A stretch of 64,000 nucleotides of DNA from Rhodosorus marinus CCMP1338 (Eukaryota; Plantae; Rhodophyta): positions 1,302,001 through 1,366,000 of the forward strand of contig JAMWBK010000008.1 of NCBI GenBank assembly GCA_029953675.1. The letters are read 5' to 3'. Numbering within the stretch: the stretch's first letter is position 1; the number at the start of each line of letters is the position of its first letter. The position numbers and the translations under genes were made by a program. The notes under the pieces are model-generated. The model was given only the letters and a program-made list of their open reading frames with translations, had not been told where the DNA came from and searched no databases. Shown one piece after another: positions 1 through 12,693 of the stretch.

Positions 1-3000
1 AATCAATTTCTCTTCCAGTCAGACTAGGTTCTGAGTCCCCAATCTGCTTTTTGATCCGCTGTTCCGCCAATCTCCTCTGTAGGCGCCAGTAGAAAAAGCT
101 CCTCGCCTCCGTGCACGCGACGATCTTTTTCACAGCCTTCTTCGCCACCATTCTGCCGGGCGTGTCATGGAGATCAACAAACTTAATCGCGATCTATACA
201 AAAGAGGAAAATTTTGAAGATGGTGAATCCTTAGCTTCGACTGTTTTGCCTCTGTCCAATTCTTTCCACAAACTCATGAAAAAGGAAGAGCCTTCCCAAC
301 TACGAAAGGGGAAACCGATGGTACCTGTTTGTAGACCGGCAAGAGCTCAGCCTCTCTCGCGGCAATAGCGTCTCGTATTGACTGCCTCAGATTCTCATTT
401 GGCACTGAGTATGAAGATGATTCCTTGCCGTCGTTCTCACTCCCCAAGCGGGCATGAAGCTCCTTCAATTTGGGATCCAGTCGTTGCATCGTCTTGAACA
501 AATCACGACGGCGGTATTTAACTTCGACCGTTCCCTCTGGCTCTAATACCCCCCCTCGCGATGAACCGTCCGCATACATCTCGATCATTTCCGGGTTGAT
601 GTTGGTGTCAACTACGACCCAAGCTCCTCCCCGTAACTCGCCTCCCGGAGGAATGTACACGAAGACCGGTTGCTTGTACTCGCTCAAGGCATCAACTATC
701 AGCGAGCCGAACTTGAGCACTTCATCAAACATATCCCTCATACCCCCGGAGAATCCGCGCCAGTTGGCTACGACGAACAACGGAAGGCCCTCACGATTCA
801 TATCCAGGATCGCCTGGGCTGTCTTGTGTGAAGAATCGGGGAACCAGACTTGTCCAGCCTGTTGCTCAACTCGCTCACGTGTTTCCGGGGAAGCGGGATC
901 CGCCGGTGAGGTTTTCTCTACCGTTCGAGCCTCTACGGCGATGATGCCCAACGGTATCCCGCCCAGCCGTGCTCGACCAGTAACCACGGTTTTTGCCCAT
1001 CCCGAAACTGTTTCGATCCATGACCCTTTGTCGAAAATTCCTGTTTCCACGCCATTCCCGCAGATCAACAGCCGCGGGTCATACGGCATACCTCTTGACG
1101 GAGAATAAGTCACCCCCCTGTCTATTGGATCCAGTGGCTCGACAATAGGTAGGCGTCCATTTTTGCTTGACGGGACAAAGCTCAACCAGTCCAAAATCGA
1201 ACGCACACCCTCAACGTCGTCTTTTACAACTTGGTGCGTTACACCGTTTGGACTCATAATCTTCACTCCACCGAGCTGTTCATTACTGGCGTATACACTC
1301 CTTCCCAAGACCTTGTTGAGCGCGTTGAAGCCAGTGAGAATTATCGGGGCGTTCGATTCTCGCTGAATCACTCGCTGACCAAGTCTCACGAGATACGCAC
1401 CGATGCCAACGCTCCTTGCGGTGACGTAAGTCAGCGTGAAAGTTTCATTGTAAGCAATCGACGTTTCCCTTGCGATCAAAGCCGAACCCATGAGGTTCTC
1501 GACGCACAAGCCCTCACTGGCCCCGATCACGTCTGTGAGGTTTCCGTTCTCGTCAAACCGAGCCGTTTCCGCAAACTTGGAGAGGTCGTCCTTGTCCAGA
1601 TACAGATCCGTGAATCCCTTTGTAGGGTCCTCCTCGTTCACCCAGCGCACGTTGAATTCTTTCCGAATCTCATCCGCTATTCCAATTCTTGCTCCCGAAT
1701 TTGCCGCAATGTAGATTCTCGGAATTCCCTCTTCACGTGCAAGTCTGCTCGCCCGTTCAAACGCTGCATCCTCCTTCGGCCCGAAAGACCCAGACATGAA
1801 CGTGATATCGTTCGCGATAATGATAACATCTCGTCCACCAGGGAATTCAGGCGTGTACAACGTATACCTCCACACAACTATGCCGTGGTCATTAAGACCC
1901 GTCGGACGCTCCATGGGCTTCAGCACCCCCTCCTCGTCCAGAACGAGTTCGACCACTTTCAGGTGCTTAGCTGGAACCTTGTCTCTACGAAATCCACCTC
2001 GAAGTCTTGACTGCGAGTACAGTTTCCACCGCTCTTGGAGGGCTCGGCTAAATATATGCTGAAAATCATACACGTACGTGGTCTCAAGAGTTTGCGCGAC
2101 TACACGCTTCCGCCTAAGCCGGTCCATAATCTGGTACGGTTCGAGAGCGGGCCTATCGTGCAAATGTCCATACTCCTTGCGATCGGAGCGTAAAGATTTT
2201 AGAATAGGGGTACTTGTTAACGAGTCCAACTCCTCCTTGTAACCTTCGACTCGTAAGGAATGGCCAGTTGGATTGTACAAGAGGAATCGCAACGGGGCTG
2301 CGCCATGATGAGATCTGAGGGCTCCAGCAACTCTCACTTCAACAGTAAAGACCCTTAGTTTCCAACAGCGTTGGGCGTAGCGCAAAAATAGCCTTCGGCA
2401 AATGGCATCTACGTCATCAACATTCACGTCAATTTCTTTCACGAGATTGAGGAAAATGTGGTTCAAATCCGCATGTCGAAATCTGGGATCGCATCTCCCA
2501 AGCTCCAGCGCATCCAAGGCCTCTACAAACGTTTTCTCCGCCTCGGGAATGGCAACCAACGCGTCCGATGCGGTGGAAAATACCGCTGCATGCTGAATTA
2601 CAGCTCGCACAAAGAATCGTGCATCCTTATCTCCAGCCTTGGCTGAAGATTCCGATTTGTCGGGCTTCGTTCCGTTGTTCTCTCCAAAGAAAATGTGAAT
2701 TAGGCGATTCGGGTAGTTGAATCTCTGAATATCAAAATTCACCAGCCGTGCGAGCTCCAACTGGAAAGCCATTGGCGGATCAATGTGTCGATAGATTGTG
2801 TCTTCAGTAAAGTTATCGCGGACCTTGAGCGTGAACAGCCCGGGATTGGACTCGAACTCATCCTCCGGGGCGACCACGTAAGTTATTGATTTGATACCGC
2901 ACCGATTGACCGCGGTTATCCTCTCCTGCGGGGCCTGACGCCAAAGGCCAGTCAAGTACAGGCTGATCTGCGTTTCCTGCGTCGACTCAAGTGTGGACGC

Positions 3001-6000
3001 TTCTGACTCGCGATTTCCATTTTTGCTGGCTGCCCCCTCGAATTGAGGGGCGCGAACGATTATTGTCAGCAGATTCACAGGACCTTGTGGTGAGTCCTTC
3101 GATTCAGTCTCGTACACCTCCAACAACCTATCGATACCCTCGCTCATGCTCTCAACTGATGAGAACGCGGCCAACATCCCAAACCGAAGAGGTCCTTCGC
3201 CCAGACCCATACCATCTTTCCCTGTATACTGCGCCCCAACGGTTTGCTCCAGCTTTTCTAGGTCATCCGCGGAATCGTACGAAGATATGCCCCCTGGCCG
3301 GATAGCTCCAAGCACAACCTCCAGCGGACTTTGCTGGAAATAAGCACGATGCCTCATGAACTGGAACATCCATTGAGCCCGTAGGAAGCCTTTGGCTTCG
3401 TCTCTTTCGACGAGGAGATTGTCAATTTCGTACGCTCTATAGGCTCTACTGATGTACACCTCCGCCGCGATCAGCAGCGCATCCGGACGATCCTTCAGGA
3501 TCCTTCGTTCCCTTTCGGCTGCTTTCAATAAGTTCCCTGGAGCCGGCAGGAGAAAGCAAGCCAGTAGCTCCAACTCTGGGGTATCTTCGTGCTTCGCTAT
3601 TGCAAGTTGCCTGGCAGCTACAGAATCAGATGCGAGGACCTCTTCTAGCACGGCGATAGCAATGTCCCACTTCTCCTTCAGCTGTGGCCGCTGAAATTCG
3701 GCCAACATGAGGCGAGAACGAAGTGCGACGTCTGCATACAGCGGACTAAAAAATTTGCTCAACTCATCACAACAAGCCCTGGTCCTTTCGTGCTCGAGCA
3801 AGCCGCTTGACGAAATGTAGTTGAGCAACGCCAGTGTTACATCCGTTTTCCTCGCCAAGTGCATGTGAGAAATGACTATGTCAACCACCTTTCGAAAGTC
3901 GTTTCGATACGCCTCGCGAAGATCGAACAGGACTTCGTCTTCTCGCTTCCCTAAAGAGAACGGTTTCTCCGTTGCAATGACATACTGCTCCAGGAGCTCG
4001 GAAATAACCGTAGCTTTCAATCCTCCAGAGTGGTTATATCGTTCGAGAACCATTCGAGTATTCCCCGCTGGCGTCTCGTCCGCTTTAATTCCTTTGTCCT
4101 CCAGAATTTGGATCAGCTTCGCGGTGGTCTTGTACACGTCTTCGGTACCAATCGCGCCGTTTTTCTCCATTGAATTCAGTGCGGCCTCGAGCTCGGAACA
4201 AAGCGCAGTAGGAATTCTTCCTGCTCCCTCGCTCAAAGCTTCCTGCAACTCACCCTTCAGAACGTTCGGGTCGTCAGCCAACTCAACAAAGGACTGGACC
4301 GCGTCACCATCAGCATCGTAACCGGCCAGCAATAAGCGGAGTTCTCTCACAGCAGCGCGGAACCGTTGGTGCGGCTTGGATCCCAATTCCTCCGGCATGC
4401 TCATTTCCGGTAGTCTGTCCTCGAACTTTATTGTCCTTCTCACTTTTGACGGGTCTTCCAATTCCAATCTTGCTAGTACATCGCCAACCGAAACTACAGA
4501 GCCCTCTGACATCACCAGCTGTAACCTACCAGCCTCTGGAGTAGTCAAAGATAAATACATTTTCATAACCTCAAGCTCGGCGAACGCCGTGTCCTTGTCA
4601 ACATGTGCACCGTCCTGCACTAGGAAACGGACTAACTTTCCATTGACAGTTGTGCAGAGAGTGGTTGGGTCATATTCCCTCGGAAACAAGCACGTCATTC
4701 CATCTAGGACCATCAGCAGTCCTCCTCCCTCTTCTCTCACATAGGCAACATGAGACTTTCCGTCCAGCAAGACAATGTTACCACCATCGCTCAAAGGCCG
4801 AACAGTGCCGAGAAGAGAGGACCCGTTCATACGAACTCGAAATACTGTCGGAGCGGCTCTGGACAACTTCATCGAATATTTGACGTCTTCATAGATAAGC
4901 TCCAACGACGTCCCGATAAGGGACGGGCTAAGTGAAGGGGGCTGTCCGCGCTCCAACGCTTCTATTGTTTTCTTCTCTTCGCCCTCGAAAAAAGCGCGAG
5001 CCCAGCAAAGTGCTGCGCAAACAACCGCGACTGCACTTTCCGGCTTCCGCGTCTCAATACGTTGAGCGATGAGCATATCAAGCCATGTCGTGGTAATCCG
5101 GTTCTCTCGAAAGTCGTCCAACTCCAGCAAGCGGACGAGGTACTCTACCGTAGTGCGAATGTCGCCTCGAATTGAGAGCTCCTTCAGTGCCAACACCATC
5201 GCTCTCCTGGACGCTTCTCGATCTTCTCCCCACGCGAAGAGATGTCCAAACTGGGAGTCAGAGAACTCGTGGACTCCTCCGGAAGCTCCAACCGAAAAGT
5301 AGCCCCATACATTTGGCGTATTCCTAAACGTCAGCTCCTGGATCCCACCGGAAGTCGGCTGAAAACCTTCGTCTGGATTCTCTGCAGTTACGCGGCACGC
5401 AATCACGTGACCCCGCGGTGGGCGGGGTTCGAAGTTGGCCAACGACACACCGCGCTTCTCTTCCGGCAAGCAGAAGAGCGAAAGCACATCGCGGGTCTGT
5501 CCAAGAGGTATTCCCATGGCAATTTGGAGCTGAAGTGCGGGCAAATTGATGTTTGTGATCCATTCAGTAACCGGATGCTCAACTTGCAGTCTTGGATTCA
5601 ACTCCAAGAAATAGAACTGGCCTCCATCTTCATCTCCGGTGTAGAGATATTCAACGGTGCCGGCACCAACATAGCCCACCTCGCGTGCCAAGCGAACTGC
5701 CGCTTGCTCCAGCTTTTTCCAAACTTCCGGTGCCGCTGCAATGACTGGACCCTCTTCAATGATCTTCTGGTGCCTTCTCTGTACAGAACAATCCCTCCCG
5801 TAGAGGGCCAGGGCTTCTCCATACTCATCGGCCACAACCTGCACTTCCAAATGCCTGGCATTCTGTATCATTCGCATGATGAACACTGGAGACCCGGGCA
5901 CTTCACTGCACACCTGCCGATACGCGTCGGGGACTCCAGCTTCGTTACGTACAGTGCGGATACCTTTTCCACCCCCGCCTTCAGATGCTTTTATCATCAA

Positions 6001-6600
6001 TGGATACCCAATTCGGCTAGAGACAGAAACAGCATTTGCCTCATCTTCGACGCATGCCTTTCTGAAAATGTCGTCTGGGACACACATCTGTTCTTGATAA
6101 CGGACTCTCAACCCATCGCCGGACCAGCTAACAGTAGGAACTTGTGCCGACTGGGCGAGGATCGTGGAAGCGACCTTGTCACCAAGAGCGTACATTGCGT
6201 CCGCTCCAGGACCCATGAATGCAATTCCCATGCGCTTGAGAGTGCGCGGCAGCTTCGGGTTCTCCGAAGCGTGTCCCCATCCAGCCCATACAGCGTCGCA
6301 GTGGAACCTCTCCGCAATATCTGCAATCAGGTCGACATTGGCATAGTTCTTGTTGTTTGAGCCGCCTGGAACCGATACCAAAGTATCCGCAAGCCTAACG
6401 AATTCTGCGTTTGCGGCAACGTCCTCCGGGGTTGCCATGACAGTAAAGGACACCAGGCGCTCATCTGCAAACTCTTCATAAGACCATCGCCGAATGGATC
6501 GGATCGCTTTGACTGCTGCAATCCCATTGTTCGCAATCAAGATCTTCCTTATGACTCTCTTACCCCCTCTGTCAGTGACGTACTTCTCGTAGGCGTCCAT
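1..6600 (-). CDS. ACC1: Homomeric (cytosolic) acetyl-CoA carboxylase, 3' end runs off the window
   Basis: 2108-codon frame with BC domain (ILIANNGIAAVK, WAGWGHASEN, RDCSVQRRHQK), biotin motif EVMKM and CT domain (ANSGARIG, GWAKTVVTGRARLGGIP, WRGFSGG). A GT-AG intron at 324-194 joins to an exon (IAIKFVDLHDTPGRM...FFYWRL) that is still open at base 1. No transit peptide. Confidence 0.98.
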
Positions 6601-7988
6601 GATGCCTGTCCAGCAGCGTCAGCCTCAACCACGGCAATGACGACTGTCCCGAGAGGCTTGAGACTTTGAGAAGCCTAGTGCTCGCCGTCGATCAAAAAAG
6701 ATCTAGCCACACGGTCCCCCGAACACGCCCTCAACCTTGTACTGTGATATCGCATCCTCAGCAAATCCACAGCAAACCGGCGCCTTACAACACCAAATCG
6801 GATCCACGATCGCCAACTCTAAACTTAAGGTAGAACTAATGGCAAACTAGACCATTCTTTGGCTGCCTTTGAACCAGCGTTCCTCCCCACGCACAAAACA
6901 AGCCGCAGTATGGTGATTTCAGAGGCGCTGGATGTCTGCCCGTCAATTCATTGAATTTGGTTCGTTGATGCTCAACGGCCAAGGCCATCGGGTTTATTAA
7001 GGAGACTATATATCATATTATATGGTACCCGAATCGCTGTGTATCCAGCTTTCTTCTGAGTCACCTTTACAACCGAGACTCACCGAACGCACTTCAGACC
7101 GAGCGCCTTTAAACAAGAACTAATATCAGCCAAATTTACGGCTGCATTTCAAAACAGCACCTCCCGTTGAAATTTAGTGAAACCCCAGAGGGCGATGGGG
7201 GAAATACGAGTAAACACATTCAGCAGCAAACTGTACTGCTCTTCTTTTAGAACTGCATCGGCAACTCTCAGACTTCCGCTAAAGCTGGCTTTGAGATGAT
7301 CGTGAACTAGTCAGAGCACGAGCTTGATACCCGAGATAGTTCCAATCTCGTCTCGGTAAATCGCCAGGAAGCTAGCCGCGGCTTTTCACGAAAAACATTT
7401 TGCTGCGATTATCAAGCTTTCCGTCAATGAGATACGTCCATGGTTTGGAGTGCGTTGCTTGCATCCTGCGAAGTGATAACACGGGAACAGTGCATGGAAG
7501 TGGTCCGAAAGCAACCAATGTCATGCCCTCATCTCCTAGAGAAAAGAGAAGCGGTTAACCTCTTTTTCCCGGTAGACAGGTCAAGCTCCTGTCTGGCACG
7601 CGGCGCCACGTTGTGAAGATGCCACGAGCAGTATGCCCGCCTTTCAATATGGCCTTCACCAATCCTTCCCTGAGTTCTTAATCTGAAGTGAATAGGGAGG
7701 CCAGGTTGCTTGGCAACTAGTTGTTCCCGAGGGGGGAGTAGCTTCTCGCGAATTTCTAATGGACTGACCGAGGAACGTCTGTATGCTGCAGGGGCATCTA
7801 CACTTCCCTATCAGCTTTTGACGAGAGGACAGGCAGACAGGGAGGCGAGCAAGCTTTCTCGGAAGTGGGAGAATTGCTATTTGAATGATAACAGTCACGG
7901 CAGAGGACTATTGAGCACGCCTTCACCAGCGAATGCTGGAGGGAGAATGCAATAAACGTTTCTCGACCAGTGCCTTTGAATCTTAGCG

Positions 7989-9208
7989 ATGGCTTTGCAG
8001 CTCTTCAGCGCTATTGAAAAAGCACAAAAAATAACGCGGGCTCGAATTAGCGGAGAAGGGCTGCGGACGCTTCTGCTTACAGACAGAAAAGGAAAACGTT
8101 GCTGCTCGTCCCGGTCTGACTCTCCGACGAGCATTCCTAAATCTTCAACCGACTGTAGCAGGAACGGACGTTCACGGGACCTAGGTAGAGCATCAACTGG
8201 CCAGGTGCAAAATTCCAGCACCGAACTGCCTAGTGGCGGAGAGCCGATATGGTCACAAGCGAGGATCAGATACCACAAGAAGATGGGGAGAGAGCGAGCC
8301 TTGGCGGCACATGAGAGTCCAGTGGTGCCGCGACTACTCATTGACGCTTCAGCATTGTATAGATTGCCGAAACCAGCAGTGTCATGGGTGGAGGACACGA
8401 TAGCACGGCAAATTAACGAGCTGCGTTCCTTTAACAACTGCGCGGAGAAGCCCTTCGCGCTTACCGTTTGTGGGCTCGAAGCAGCCCCTTTCATCAAGAG
8501 CAGGTATGACAACCTTCTTCGTCTTCTGGTCGCATTCTTGTGCAGTAAAACGCGCCACGGGAGTCTTCCTCGGTTTTTGCCAGCCACGATGAACTAACCC
8601 GAAACTTACGACATTCTTTCTGCAGGCTGGAAGGGCACTCGCGTGGCAACTGGCCTGATCTCAAGGAACGAGATGATGCTGTCCGCCAGGTTCTCAAGGA
8701 GAGCCCGAACAGAACTATTGCCTGGCTTAGCCCTGACGCTAAACAGGCGATCCGGGATATTCCACCCAATGCCACGCTGGTGATGAGCTGCTTTGTAGAT
8801 AAGCACTGCGATCAACCGAACGCGAGCCTAGGAGAGGCCGCTGATCACGGAATACAGGCGTACCGGCTCCCAATTGCAGAGATTTTCCATGGCGGCCCAA
8901 AGATCGTTAGCCGGTTTGGTGTTCATCGACATAGGCGGTACTCCTTAACGTTGCACTCTACCTTCCGGGCGCTTGTGGAGTTTTACAACACCAGGAATTG
9001 GCGAACCGCTCTAATACGGTCCCTTCCGATGGGAGATCTGAAGCGCCTCAACCTATTGCGTCAACTGACCAGGGAGGAGAAAGAGCTAATGCAAGGATAC
9101 AACTATCGTAGCCTCGTGTACATGAGAAACCACGCTGAACGACAAGAAATTGGGATGCGTGAATGGAAGGCACGTAAAGCCCAGGATGAGGCCGAAGTCG
9201 TAGATTAG
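7989..9208 (+). CDS. TRMT10: Divergent TRM10-family (SPOUT) tRNA m1G9/m1A9 methyltransferase; 5' end uncertain
   Basis: Intron 8504-8625 (GTATGA...CTAAC...TGCAG) joins ORFs 7989 and 8780 in frame. The result contains RLLIDAS...PFALTVCGL...NW...AWLSPDA...LVMSCFVDK...YRLPI...LTLHSTF...NWRTALIRSLP, the motif order recalled for TRM10. Confidence 0.75.
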
Positions 9209-9702
9209 CTGCTGGGTTCCATATACATTGTGGGACTAACTTATTTTTTGGAAACAGAGTTGCATAGGTTTTCGCGAAACCAACACTTCTCGGAAGTGCT
9301 ACTCTGCCCAAGACCATCTAGAATGAAACACCCGTCCATTGAGTAGAGGACCTCGTCTGCATGTAGCAAAGTTCCTAATCGACTACGAAATATATACGTA
9401 ATACCCAAAGCGCAACCTCAGTTCCCAATGTCCCCTCTCCAGATCTGGAAGACCGGGCCCAAGGCTTTGAGGGTAAAGCTGGAACGGAAAATAGACATTA
9501 TGCAAGGTGGAATTGGTTATTCTGTTGCGAAAGAGACAAGCAACAGAAAAGGTTCAAAGTCTGTCCTCAGACACGGTGTGGATATTGGCCAAGCTGCTGA
9601 TGGTAAATGGATAGAGAACCATCTAACATGGATCAGTAGTGACCAAAAAGAGGTGTTGGCACTAGCAGAGGAATCCGAAGTGTGCTCTTAAGGTTCCTAG
9701 CG

Positions 9703-12438
9703 ATGGAGCTATTGAAGCTAGACCATTATTCCCAGCTTCCGGGTTCTGGGGATTTATTGGATGTGCGGGGACTGCTTGTCGATGACGGTGAGAGTCGTCA
9801 TGCTCTGGTAGTTTTTACGTCTAGATCCGGTATTTTGGGCTGCGCAGAGATCGAAGCTGGCTCGGAGCTGGCTAAGATAGTAGCGGAAGTCAAGGTCACT
9901 GACAGCGTTGTGCAGTTTGTTGAGGTTGTCGAAATCGCGGGAAGCACTCCGAACGCGGCTATAGTGGGCTCGGAGAATGGAGATACGAGAATCCTGGAAC
10001 TTCCTGATCTCGTCGAGGAGCATCCGCTCAACGCCCCTTGCTCCATACATTTGAAAGGTTCCCAAGCTCTGGCCGTCAGCACCTCGTCGACAAGTTCGCA
10101 GACCTTCCGTCCAGCTATTCGGATTGCAGCTGCAATCGGTGAAGCGATTCGTGTGCTAGAGGTGGATCTCAATGGCCAACATCCGAATATAAAAATCCTC
10201 GGCGAGGTTAATATTGGCTTCCATGCAAACACAATTCACTTTGGAGGTTTAAACGCCAGGACGATTTGTGCCTCATGCCAAGGTCGCCACACTTTGATTC
10301 GCACAAGCGAAATCATACAGAGAAGCAACCTTGCTATTGCTGCTGAAATCGAACCTCAAACAAAAGATTCGAACTCCTCGCAGTATGGCGAGAAGAGACT
10401 TGAAGGTTCTGGGGCAAGCGAGGGAGCAAACCCCTTGCTTGCGGCGCTCACCCTTGGACTTGTAGGCTCCAACAGCTCGTCGAGCGCCTCTAGGGAACCC
10501 GTGGTTCGAAACGAAGTCGCGGTGCCCCTGAACAACGAACGCTGGTTGCTGGATGTCGGATTTGAGCGTTCGTCACTGAACCTGTATACTAGCTACGGCG
10601 CTAGTATCGAAACCCCAAATACACATGGGCTCGGAAATGTGATAGGAGCAGCGAGTTGCATGGGAGGCTCAGTTGCTCTTCTGATCGAATCGAAGGAAAC
10701 AAAAAGAAAGCCGGAACTCCGAGTAGTAGTTTTCGGCAAGAGCACTGCTGTAGATCTGCCCGGAATTTCCCTTGCTCATACGAGGGCCACCGACACTGAG
10801 GCTCTCAGGATCCACGGCCTGATGTATACCCCCAGTTACACAGCAGCGATCTTATGGTGGCCACGAGATAGACGAATAGGGGTCATCAGACAGACGCACA
10901 GCCTCGAAGAAGCCGCAGATCTTTTAGAAGCGGAGCGTCAAGTTGACGCTGCCCTCGCTTTGCTCCTTGACCTGGAGGACCAATCGAAGTCGAGGTCGCT
11001 CATAGAATGCTATGCACGAGAGTTGCTCCGAAATGAGAAGCACGAGGAAGCTCTAGCATATCTCAGCGGAGCTGACTTTTCCTTTCTGGAACTTGTTGGT
11101 TTGTTCAACGAAACGCTTTCTAACTCAACGAGGCCGGCTGCAATTGCTTCCTTTTGGGCGGATGCTATGGTCTCCGCCAGAAGAAGAGGAGCTGCAGCAG
11201 TTGATCCCGATCGGAAAGCGGATGAAACGCTTTTCGGACTGTTATGCATGTCCGACAAGAGAATCGATAGAGTTGCGGCACTTCTGCGTGCTAGGAACGG
11301 AGTGTCTATAGACTTTGGGGAGAATACACTCTCTAAGTCAGAGCTAAGCCCTAATTTCTCACCAGAATCACGTGAGGAGGGCATGATTGAACTTCTACGA
11401 TCCAACGGTGATCACGATCGCGCTTTGTGCGTGATTGAGCAATCCCTGTTCATTCCAAAGCCCTGGAAGCGGGCTCTGTCTTATATTGAGAACGTAAGCG
11501 ATGAAAATACGATTTCGAAACACCTGGCACTATTGACCCAGACGCAAGATGCGGATATGGCAATGGTTGTGCGAGCACTTGTGAACTCGCAGCTCACGGC
11601 GGGCTCCAAGTTAGCGGTTGCGAAGGAACAGGACTCAGAGTTCACTGCACTGTACATTAACGAGTTGTGGAATCAGGGAGAATGTGTCAAGCTTGACCGG
11701 GAAATGCAGAACTTGTTTGTCCATTCTTTGGATAGGACATTGCAGTCGATCGATGACTCCGCTAACCAGAAGCCGGATAAGGATTTGAAGTGTGAGGCGT
11801 ACACAAACATGTTCGCTTCTCTTCTCGACTCCGGTCTCGATGACCCAGAGTTTGCGGTTGAGAAGATACCAAACCAACTATGGGACAAAAGGGCTCGTCT
11901 TCTCCTAGGGCTCCGCAGGTATGGAGAAGTCGCGAAGGTGTTCGTAGAGCATTGTGCAAACGAGGAGATGATTTTAAGCTTTGGTGCTTCACTAGAGCCT
12001 AGCGAGAGCAGCGAGCTGGTGACATCGGTTGTAGAAGAATATTTAGCGAAGTGCACGGATGACCCTTCGAACGCATTGAACGCAGTGAATCTCCTAGGCG
12101 GGGCATTAAGCGGAGAAGCGAATATTGCCGAGGCTCTGCAAGGAGCGGATGACTCACTGCAGATTGCCGTGCTTCATCGTTTCCTTGTTGCTGGTATGTC
12201 AATCACTACTGGCAGAATCAAAGCCGCCCAATCTCATGCGGCGCTCTTGAAAGCCGAACAGCTTATTCTGCAAAATAAGCTCTTTCGCGAAAGAGCTGCC
12301 AGCGTATCCCTGTCGCCCAGCTCCAGCTGCAGCATCTGCGACCGGAGAATCGGTGACAGCGTGTTCGCCTCGTACCATGACGGATCCAAGGTGCACTATG
12401 CTTGCTACATGAACACCAGCACCGAGACGGCCAATTGA
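9703..12438 (+). CDS. VPS39: Vps39/Vam6/TGFBRAP1-like HOPS/CORVET subunit
   Basis: Single-exon ~910-aa ORF: N-terminal beta-rich region, helical repeats, and C-terminal CSICDRRIGDSVFASYHDGSKVHYAC zinc finger typical of Vps39_2. First ATG at 9703. Confidence 0.78.
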   Translation: MELLKLDHYSQLPGSGDLLDVRGLLVDDGESRHALVVFTSRSGILGCAEIEAGSELAKIVAEVKVTDSVVQFVEVVEIAGSTPNAAIVGSENGDTRILELPDLVEEHPLNAPCSIHLKGSQALAVSTSSTSSQTFRPAIRIAAAIGEAIRVLEVDLNGQHPNIKILGEVNIGFHANTIHFGGLNARTICASCQGRHTLIRTSEIIQRSNLAIAAEIEPQTKDSNSSQYGEKRLEGSGASEGANPLLAALTLGLVGSNSSSSASREPVVRNEVAVPLNNERWLLDVGFERSSLNLYTSYGASIETPNTHGLGNVIGAASCMGGSVALLIESKETKRKPELRVVVFGKSTAVDLPGISLAHTRATDTEALRIHGLMYTPSYTAAILWWPRDRRIGVIRQTHSLEEAADLLEAERQVDAALALLLDLEDQSKSRSLIECYARELLRNEKHEEALAYLSGADFSFLELVGLFNETLSNSTRPAAIASFWADAMVSARRRGAAAVDPDRKADETLFGLLCMSDKRIDRVAALLRARNGVSIDFGENTLSKSELSPNFSPESREEGMIELLRSNGDHDRALCVIEQSLFIPKPWKRALSYIENVSDENTISKHLALLTQTQDADMAMVVRALVNSQLTAGSKLAVAKEQDSEFTALYINELWNQGECVKLDREMQNLFVHSLDRTLQSIDDSANQKPDKDLKCEAYTNMFASLLDSGLDDPEFAVEKIPNQLWDKRARLLLGLRRYGEVAKVFVEHCANEEMILSFGASLEPSESSELVTSVVEEYLAKCTDDPSNALNAVNLLGGALSGEANIAEALQGADDSLQIAVLHRFLVAGMSITTGRIKAAQSHAALLKAEQLILQNKLFRERAASVSLSPSSSCSICDRRIGDSVFASYHDGSKVHYACYMNTSTETAN

Positions 12439-12693
12439 TCCATGGCTTCCATGCACATCCTGTACACGTATGCTCCTCTGCTCTGTAATGCACCAGACGT
12501 CACCAAAGTCGAAGGGGTTGAGTAAGACTTGCTCTGGTCTATTTACCCCACCGGCGGCGGACAGTGATCATTAGCTGATGCTTCTAACTCGTGTCCCAAG
12601 CAGAACTTACTCATCAAGCTAACTAGCTGAATAAAACTAACATGAAGAATTCCCAGACGAACCTTGTCGTGTCTGCAAGCAAATCAAACAGCC

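Noticed and set aside
470-6360. Long plus-strand ORFs (e.g. 5242-6360, 1231-2010, 470-1108)
   Set aside because: They are antisense shadows of the ACC1 coding frame with no recognisable motifs.
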